From Candidatus Saccharimonadota bacterium (GTDB taxonomy: Bacteria > Patescibacteriota > Saccharimonadia > Saccharimonadales > JAGQMS01): DNA of 40,410 nt. The notes under the pieces are model-generated. The model worked only from the letters and a program-made list of their open reading frames with translations. It had not been told where the DNA came from and made no database searches. The stretch covers positions 1 through 40,410 of the forward strand of contig JAYSUL010000024.1 of the NCBI GenBank assembly GCA_043719125.1, written 5' to 3'. Positions 25,637 to 31,679 of this stretch are shown here, in pieces; within the stretch, counting starts at the first letter, position 1; every line of letters starts with the position of its first letter. A program made the position numbers and the translations under genes.

Positions 25637-27748
25637 TTAGTGAAGCTTAATCTCGACTTCGCCATTGTCATTGACGGCGGGCACATCAGCTACTACCGGC
25701 TGGCTATTAATAGGGACTGGCTGAGGCACGGCTTCAGGACTGAGAGCTTGAGATTGCTCTGAAAGTGACATAAATTTCAGATACGCATCGACCATATCCG
25801 GAGTAACGAATTGTTGCTCTTCTGCTATTTCTTTATCAGCCGCCTGCTGGTCTATGCCCTCAAGTAAACTGAGGTAATAATCTAGGCCTCCGAGCTCATT
25901 TACATTTGTGAGTGTACCCTTGTCGAGTACGTAGATTGTGTCCATAAGTGCTAGAAGCGACTTGCGGTGGGTGACCATTAGAACTGTTTTGCCGTTTATC
26001 ATCTGCATAAGTGAGTCACGGATGTAGTTCTCGCTTTTTGTATCGAGTGCTGCAGTTGGCTCGTCCAGACATAGAATGGGCGCGTTTTTGAGGAGTGCTC
26101 GGGCTATTGATACACGCTGACGCTGACCACCACTCAATGATGAACCATTTTCACCAGCAGGCGACTGAACACCGAGAGGCAATCTAACCGCAAACTCAGC
26201 CACGTTTGATACCACAACAGCATTTTTGACCTCTTCGTTATCAATTTGCCTATAGGCGTCACCGTCGTATAAGTTATCGAGTATTGAGCCACTAAATAGC
26301 TGTGGGGACTGGCTTACCCATGCAATCTTGCGACGCAGATCATGGAGCGAAACCGACTGAACATCTATGTTATCGATCATTATTCGTCCTTGTACCGGCT
26401 CAACAAATAAAGGCAGTAGCTTCATAATTGTACTTTTTCCGCCACCGCTCGGACCTATGATCGCCACCTTCTCTCCTTGCTCGATATGAAGATTGAGGCC
26501 TTGGAAGACAATTTGGTCGTTATACGAATATGATACATTCTGAAAATCTATAACTCCTCTGATAACCGGAGGCATATGGTTATCTCTGCGGAGATCTTCC
26601 ACCCCTTCGTGATCAGTTAACACCTCATAAACTCTGCCTACATCAATGATCTTCTGATTTCTGGTAGTAACTTGTCGTACGAGCCCCTCTATCGGACCTA
26701 GTAGGTAGCCCATATATGTCATAAATATTAGTAGCTCACCAAAAGACATCTTTCCCATCATTGCTGCAGTTCCACCAAAGTACATTACTGTTGAAGTCGC
26801 AAGGATAATGAGCAGGGAGTTACTATTACTAAGAAAGTTGCCCCAAAACATAGATTTTTTTGTAAGCCAGTAGCCCTGCAACCATAGCTGATCGACTCTA
26901 TGAAGCTGTTTGTCCTCCAGCGTATACGCCTGAATTGTCTCTGCATTATCTACCGACTCAACGATAGCCGACGACGTATCAGAAGCCACCTGATTAAGCT
27001 GCTGATTGTACTTACCCATCTTGGGGCCAAATATGCGCATAGTTAGGTAGAGTAGGGGCATCAACACAACTGAAACTATCGTCAGCTTAGCATTAAATGA
27101 CACCATAATCCCAAGTACGCCGATAATCATGATTACAGATCCAATGATCGAGGAAGTTGTCCCCAATACAAGCTCAGAGAGACTATTTGTGACGACATTT
27201 TGACGATATACATAATCGCCCTTCGCAAGTCGTTCTTGGTGGAAAAGAGGGAGGTGCAGTATATGCCTAAGTGACTCAGACTTGATGCTACGATTCAGAG
27301 AAAAGCCGATCTTGAGGAGTATATAATCACTTATCCAATCGAACCCAGCACCGATTAGGAAAAGTACAATACTTATAACAGCAGTAATCGCAATCAATGA
27401 TGGCTTGCCAGTATACGGTTCCAGTGGGCCCCACGCGGGTATGTCACCAAATGCCGAGTCTGCCATAATTTTAGTTGGCCAGGGCTTTAAAAGCGATACT
27501 CCGGCTTGAACAATACCTAGAAGAACAACGACTATTACTGATGGGATTGCCTTGGTATAGTACTTTTTTAGCCATTGCTTGAAGCCCGTCACTTCCGTCT
27601 TACGGCCATGTGCTTTGAGCCATGCATCAACAGCTTGGTTCACTAGCTCAGGTGGCCAACCCGCAGTGATAAGCACGTCGCCAAGCATATTTGTTGAGAC
27701 GCCACTAGCTACAGCCATCTCAATTGCTTCATATAGTTTAGGCATCAT
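25637..27748 (-). CDS. ABC exporter, fused permease/ATPase (type 1, MsbA-like) with an N-terminal extension
   Basis: 703 aa with six TMs, Walker A GPSGGGKST, signature LSGGQRQRVSIARAL and Walker B ILCLDEPT. It has an extra ~60-aa soluble N-terminal segment. Confidence 0.9.
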   Translation of the reverse strand: MMPKLYEAIEMAVASGVSTNMLGDVLITAGWPPELVNQAVDAWLKAHGRKTEVTGFKQWLKKYYTKAIPSVIVVVLLGIVQAGVSLLKPWPTKIMADSAFGDIPAWGPLEPYTGKPSLIAITAVISIVLFLIGAGFDWISDYILLKIGFSLNRSIKSESLRHILHLPLFHQERLAKGDYVYRQNVVTNSLSELVLGTTSSIIGSVIMIIGVLGIMVSFNAKLTIVSVVLMPLLYLTMRIFGPKMGKYNQQLNQVASDTSSAIVESVDNAETIQAYTLEDKQLHRVDQLWLQGYWLTKKSMFWGNFLSNSNSLLIILATSTVMYFGGTAAMMGKMSFGELLIFMTYMGYLLGPIEGLVRQVTTRNQKIIDVGRVYEVLTDHEGVEDLRRDNHMPPVIRGVIDFQNVSYSYNDQIVFQGLNLHIEQGEKVAIIGPSGGGKSTIMKLLPLFVEPVQGRIMIDNIDVQSVSLHDLRRKIAWVSQSPQLFSGSILDNLYDGDAYRQIDNEEVKNAVVVSNVAEFAVRLPLGVQSPAGENGSSLSGGQRQRVSIARALLKNAPILCLDEPTAALDTKSENYIRDSLMQMINGKTVLMVTHRKSLLALMDTIYVLDKGTLTNVNELGGLDYYLSLLEGIDQQAADKEIAEEQQFVTPDMVDAYLKFMSLSEQSQALSPEAVPQPVPINSQPVVADVPAVNDNGEVEIKLH

Positions 27749-27863
27749 AACGTTATCTACACCTCATCGCTTATGGTTAAGTATATAGAGGTCTGGCGGT
27801 CGGCGCTATAGTAAAAATAGACAAACCCTTTACCGCGAGCGGATTACCCGATACGCTATACGC

Positions 27864-29156
27864 ATGAACCCTAAGAAACTAGTCCGTAAAGTTGCTCCAA
27901 AGAAGGCTATCTCTCTTGCCGAGGAAACATACCGCAAAAGTAGACTAGGAGTTGTGCACCTCAGCTACCGCCTACCTGCACGCAAGCTACGCATTATCGC
28001 TATTACTGGCACTAACGGCAAAACAAGCACCTGCAACTTCCTCAACGATACGCTGATATCAGCCGGCTACCGTACGGCTATGTTTACCACTGCAGTTATC
28101 GAGATGGACGGTGAGAGAGTGCTCAACACCAATCACACAACTGTGCCAAAAACAAAGGATCTCTTTAGATTCCTCAAACTTGCAAAGATCAAAAAAGTAG
28201 ACTTCGTAATCCTCGAGGTTACATCTCACGCACTACACCAGCACAAAATGTGGGGCATACCAATCGAGATATCCGTCATGACTAACATCAGCCAGGATCA
28301 CCTAGACTATCATGGCACTATGCAGAAGTATGCTGACGCAAAAGGGCGACTATTTAGTAAGTATATGAAGCCAACTTGGTGCGTCCTCAACACAGATGAT
28401 GAATGGTATGATTTCTTTCGCTCAAAGTCATCAGGACGACTATTTACCTATGGCAAAAAAGAGGGCGCAAACCTCCGTATCAGTTCACTCAAGACATCTG
28501 CAGAGGGTGTGGCGCTCAGACTAGATCACGCAGATCACTCTATAATCGCCACATCAGGAGTTATAGGCGAGTTTAACGGCTACAATTTGTCTGCAGTGGC
28601 ATCTGTCTGCGAAATACTCGGTATCAGTCCAGACAACATCAGGAAAGGACTCGAAACAGTCCGGTCTGTACCGGGTAGGATGGAAATGATCAGGAGCAGT
28701 CACGGCTTTACTGCTGTTGTTGACTACGCACATGCTCCTGATGCACTTGAAAAAGCACTCCTTGCACTACGCTCTACTACAGACAAAAAAGTATCAGTGG
28801 TATTTGGGGCAACAGGCGATAGAGACAAGACAAAGCGACCGATAATGGGGCAGGTAGCAGCAAAGTTTGCAGACAAAATATACCTTACCGACGACGAGAC
28901 ATACACCGAAGACGGCGACATGATCCGAAAGGCAGTATTTGAGGGTATCGTCAAAGCCAAAGGTAGAAGCAAAACGATTGAGATAGCAGACCGTAGAGAT
29001 GCTATCAAAAAGGCACTGGAGGAGGCGGGCAAAGGGGACATGATACTCGTAGCTGGCATTGGGCACCAGAATTACCGCGCCATGAACAATGGAAATATTC
29101 CATGGCAAGAGTCTGAAATTACAAAAGAACTTTTAAAAGAGCTCGGATTACAGTAA
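27864..29156 (+). CDS. murE: Mur ligase, MurE-like (UDP-MurNAc-tripeptide synthetase), short form
   Basis: 430 aa with ITGTNGKTST P-loop, DYAHAPDALEK and GATGDRDKTKRP. It lacks the usual N-terminal domain, and the DNPR motif is replaced by DDETYTED. Confidence 0.8.
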   Translation: MNPKKLVRKVAPKKAISLAEETYRKSRLGVVHLSYRLPARKLRIIAITGTNGKTSTCNFLNDTLISAGYRTAMFTTAVIEMDGERVLNTNHTTVPKTKDLFRFLKLAKIKKVDFVILEVTSHALHQHKMWGIPIEISVMTNISQDHLDYHGTMQKYADAKGRLFSKYMKPTWCVLNTDDEWYDFFRSKSSGRLFTYGKKEGANLRISSLKTSAEGVALRLDHADHSIIATSGVIGEFNGYNLSAVASVCEILGISPDNIRKGLETVRSVPGRMEMIRSSHGFTAVVDYAHAPDALEKALLALRSTTDKKVSVVFGATGDRDKTKRPIMGQVAAKFADKIYLTDDETYTEDGDMIRKAVFEGIVKAKGRSKTIEIADRRDAIKKALEEAGKGDMILVAGIGHQNYRAMNNGNIPWQESEITKELLKELGLQ

Positions 29157-29207
29157 ACGCTATTGATAGCGTTTAAAGATAGGAGACTTGCGCTATATAT
29201 AAAATTG

Positions 29208-29237
29208 TTGACAAGTATGTTTTACGAAGAGTATAGT
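29208..29237 (+). promoter_or_regulatory. Near-consensus sigma70-type promoter with no downstream protein gene
   Basis: TTGACA (29208-29213), 18 nt, TATAGT (29232-29237). Confidence 0.65.
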
Positions 29238-29296
29238 TTGTCTCAATCTCTTTTGTGAGAGATAGTGGTTGATCATATTGATCCCACGAACCTTAA

Positions 29297-29909
29297 CAGC
29301 ACGAACAAATGATACGTTTAGTCAGCATCCAGCCCACAACAGAAGCTTCTGGGTTGAATGCTGACTAAACAGATGAAGTAACTACAGCTTTGTAAAGACC
29401 CGCTCAAGGTCGTAGCGCTTAGCCCAGACCCAATAGGGAAAAGGTAGCAACGCAACTAAACGAAGAAAGACTTCATCTATGGTAGCCGACGGCAGTCGAT
29501 AAGTGCATTCGGAGAATCCCAAGCAAGCATCTCCCCCTGTGGGGGAGGGAGAGGAATTCTGAAATGACCCATCCAACGCTGACCGACCGTGCGCAGGTTG
29601 CGCATCTGGTCGACACCGTCCATCACCCGAGTGTCGAAGACATCACCGGCATCGACGGGACCTGACCGAGGCACCCGCACCAAACTACCGTTGTGTCTGA
29701 AGGGGCGCTGACGGAAAGTACGATTCCCTTCGAGAACTACCCAGGTACAGGGTCGGACTTCGTGTCCGACCCTGTACCCCCAAAAGATCTACGTCCCCGG
29801 ACGACTCTGAGAAAGACCTCCTCCTTAGAATTGCCTGAGTGGGCGAGGCATGCCGGGTGTGGAGCCGATTGCTCCACACCCGGCAGCGGGATTTCATTTG
29901 TTCGTGCTG
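29297..29909. repeat. 16-bp perfect inverted repeat flanking a 581-nt high-GC core
   Basis: cagcacgaacaaatga (29297-29312) is the exact reverse complement of tcatttgttcgtgctg (29894-29909). Confidence 0.9.
29564..29665 (+). CDS. Possible 33-aa sORF inside the candidate RNA (weak)
   Basis: ATG lies 9 nt after gggagggagagg. Translation MTHPTLTDRAQVAHLVDTVHHPSVEDITGIDGT, with G/C-rich third codon positions. The SD can pair with the upstream ctccccc (29531-29537). Confidence 0.2.
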   Translation: MTHPTLTDRAQVAHLVDTVHHPSVEDITGIDGT

Positions 29910-29926
29910 AACAACCAGCATTATTT

Positions 29927-29956
29927 AAAAACCACCAGTAGCTCGGTGGTTTTTTC
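29927..29956. terminator. Bidirectional intrinsic terminator
   Basis: aaaaaccacc-agtagctc-ggtggtttttt, with an A run and a T run on the two sides. Confidence 0.7.
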
Positions 29957-29972
29957 GTATTCTTAGATGTTA

Positions 29973-30047
29973 CCTGCCAGAGATTTTAGGCTCTGGCAGG
30001 GAGGGGGAGGAAAGCCGACAACGCTGGCGGCTTTCCTCACTCCCTCC
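29973..30047 (-). terminator. Two GC-rich hairpins downstream of the 154-aa gene
   Basis: cctgccagag-attttagg-ctctggcagg (perfect 10 bp, 29973-30000), and gaggaaagccg / cggctttcctc (11 bp, 30007-30038) with outer G/C-rich extensions. Confidence 0.55.
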
Positions 30048-30059
30048 TGTCCGCCCGTG

Positions 30060-30524
30060 TTAGGCGATCTGCTTGCCCATTGGCCGTCTCTTGATGAGAG
30101 ACTCGCGACGCATCCTCCTTTGACGATTGAAGTCACTGGTCGGGTCGCTGAGCTCAGACATGACACCGTTACAGGCACTACTTGCGCTCTGTGGCTTGAA
30201 TGAGCTCTTGATCTCAGCCAATACACGTCCCGCAGCGTGCGAAACATGACTCAGGTCATACCTGGAGGAGCTCGGACCCTGGACGACAAGTCTTTGATGC
30301 TTGCTGTCGAACACCAACTTGACGTTGGGGTTGGCTCTCTTGGCCGCCTGGACCAAGAGAATAAACGATGACTCCCATTCTACGTAATTACTCACGGAAA
30401 TCGGGATACACCATCTCATTCCTTGCTTGAACGCTTCACTGAACCGAATCTCAGCCTTACCCAGCTGACACTGTATCGCGCCAACCATGACTGGCTGAGT
30501 TTCGAGCGGTGGCTTACGTTTCAT
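30060..30524 (-). CDS. Orphan hypothetical protein with a basic C-terminal tail
   Basis: ATG at 30524 (GTG at 30530 also possible), preceded by taggtg. 154 aa, MKRKPPLETQPVMVGAIQ...RRMRRESLIKRRPMGKQIA. No family recognised. Confidence 0.55.
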   Translation of the reverse strand: MKRKPPLETQPVMVGAIQCQLGKAEIRFSEAFKQGMRWCIPISVSNYVEWESSFILLVQAAKRANPNVKLVFDSKHQRLVVQGPSSSRYDLSHVSHAAGRVLAEIKSSFKPQSASSACNGVMSELSDPTSDFNRQRRMRRESLIKRRPMGKQIA

Positions 30525-30539
30525 CGACACCTACTTCAC

Positions 30540-30575
30540 TATAGTTGGACAGGAATATTATAATAACATAATTTG
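30540..30575 (-). promoter_or_regulatory. AT-rich candidate promoter for the 154-aa gene
   Basis: On the minus strand: TATAAT (plus-strand 30557-30562) with only a weak -35 (TTATTT at 17 nt). A second TATAGT lies closer to the start. Confidence 0.35.
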
Positions 30576-30576
30576 C

Positions 30577-30605
30577 AATAAATAAAACCCCTCAAGCTTG
30601 GGGTT
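30577..30605 (-). terminator. Intrinsic terminator after the 93-aa gene
   Basis: On the minus strand: aacccc-aagcttga-ggggtt followed by ttatttatt. Confidence 0.65.
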
Positions 30606-30756
30606 CTGTGTGTGATAAATAATCTTAGTCGTTGCCGGAGGCTCTGTCGATGTTTCCATCAACGAGCTTCTCCGGCGTATTGTGACCCCCTTGGGGGAGG
30701 TTGGTGCGGCCTCACGGGACCTGCTTAACCTCCTCCCCCTTAGCGATCTCCGCCCG

Positions 30757-31038
30757 CTACCGAGCGATCGGCTTCAGGCCGAAGCCGAACGTAGCCAGTA
30801 CCTCCCGCAGGAAGCTCTCGATCATCCCAATGGACGCGCGCTTGTAATCGATCACGATGTTCGTTCCCCTTCGAGTGACGGCGTAGACCCACGACTGGGC
30901 CCCGATCGTCTCCCGGAAAGCCTCGATATCTGCAATCTTGCTTCCTGCCCCCAACAGGGTAGCCGTGAAGTAGTTCTCGCTTCGCGCGAGCTTCACGGCA
31001 ACTTCGGGTGTGGCATTCGGTACGGATTTCTTCCCCAC
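30757..31038 (-). CDS. Orphan 93-aa protein, high-GC coding sequence
   Basis: GTG at 31038 lies 5 nt after AAGGAGG (31044-31050); an upstream ATG at 31059 has no SD. 37/60 G+C at 30781-30840, with strong G/C preference at third codon positions in this frame only. No family recognised. Confidence 0.6.
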   Translation of the reverse strand: MGKKSVPNATPEVAVKLARSENYFTATLLGAGSKIADIEAFRETIGAQSWVYAVTRRGTNIVIDYKRASIGMIESFLREVLATFGFGLKPIAR

Positions 31039-31095
31039 TGGAACCTCCTTGTTATGCATGATCAGCGGGTGCTGACCAAGTTTCCAGTAAAATTG

Positions 31096-31123
31096 ATTAT
31101 ACAACCTTTTTATATATAGTCAA
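31096..31123 (-). promoter_or_regulatory. Consensus sigma70-type promoter for the 93-aa gene
   Basis: On the minus strand: TTGACT (31118-31123), 16 nt, TATAAT (31096-31101). It sits back-to-back with the groES promoter. Confidence 0.65.
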
Positions 31124-31127
31124 TATA

Positions 31128-31157
31128 TTGACCATGGGGGCATTTGTATCTTATGAT
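31128..31157 (+). promoter_or_regulatory. groES-groEL promoter
   Basis: TTGACC (31128-31133), 18 nt, TATGAT (31152-31157), immediately upstream of the CIRCE element. Confidence 0.7.
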
Positions 31158-31167
31158 AAGTCCACAA

Positions 31168-31194
31168 TTAGCACTCTAGGCATCAAAGTGCTAA
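31168..31194 (+). promoter_or_regulatory. CIRCE operator (HrcA binding site)
   Basis: TTAGCACTC-N9-AAGTGCTAA, one mismatch from the consensus TTAGCACTC-N9-GAGTGCTAA. Confidence 0.9.
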
Positions 31195-31232
31195 ACTTTA
31201 TAGAGAACATAATTCAGGAGGTGTAAACGAAC

Positions 31233-31499
31233 ATGAGTTCACCAATCAGCCCTCTCGGGGACAATATCGTAGCCCAAAATGAAGAGGCAAGTAGCAAGAC
31301 CGCAAGCGGGCTATACCTACCAAGCGGTGCAACCGAAAAGCCAAAGACAGCAAAGGTTGTAGCAGTAGGCAAGCTTGTTAAAGAGCTCAAAGTAGGCGAC
31401 CGCATCGTCTATAAGAGCTACTCTACGACTGACGTAAAAGTCGGCAAAGAAGAATTTATCATAGTAAAAGAAGAAGACGTCCTCGCGACAGTCAAATAA
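31233..31499 (+). CDS. groES: Co-chaperonin GroES
   Basis: 88 aa: PLGDNIVAQNEEASSKTASGLYLP...KVVAVG...GDRIVYKSY. Confidence 0.95.
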   Translation: MSSPISPLGDNIVAQNEEASSKTASGLYLPSGATEKPKTAKVVAVGKLVKELKVGDRIVYKSYSTTDVKVGKEEFIIVKEEDVLATVK

Positions 31500-31679
31500 T
31501 TAATCAATATCTATAGAGCACTAACCAACCACGGTTAAGCACCTTACCAACTCGAGTAAAGAACAAGGCGACGTATGCGTCGGCAGACCGAGCCGTACAA
31601 ATGTACGGTGAGAGATGACGATGAATACGGCAACGATGTTATTTGCCGAGGAGTAAGATGCGCTCATGAAAGGAAAAAA

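Larger units (their letters stand above)
29244..29956 (+). ncRNA. Candidate ~0.7-kb structured non-coding transcript (unclassified)
   Basis: Bounded by the promoter at 29208 and the terminator at 29927-29956. Helices lie at 29246-29263, 29316-29370 (13 bp), 29584-29612, 29744-29778 (15 bp perfect) and 29851-29885 (15 bp perfect). A 16-bp long-range helix pairs 29297-29312 with 29894-29909. No credible ORF. Confidence 0.45.

Noticed and set aside
29486-29941. TGA recoding or a long pseudogene in the 152-codon frame interrupted by one TGA.
   Set aside because: TGA clearly terminates the sortase (11520) and the ABC ATPase (38388), so the code is standard. The downstream part of the frame reads straight through two perfect hairpins and has low-complexity composition. 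Long open frames are expected in GC-rich DNA.
29208-29956. Known RNA or retroelement classes for the structured region: RNase P RNA, tmRNA, 6S, SRP RNA, group II intron, retron msr/msd.
   Set aside because: By eye there is no GAGGAAAGUCC / ACAGAA-type RNase P block. There is no tRNA-like GGGG...CCACCA end or alanine-rich tag frame for tmRNA. The 15-bp hairpins lack the bulge and AGC triad of intron domain V. No reverse transcriptase ORF lies anywhere nearby, which excludes an intact retron or intron. A covariance-model search is still needed.
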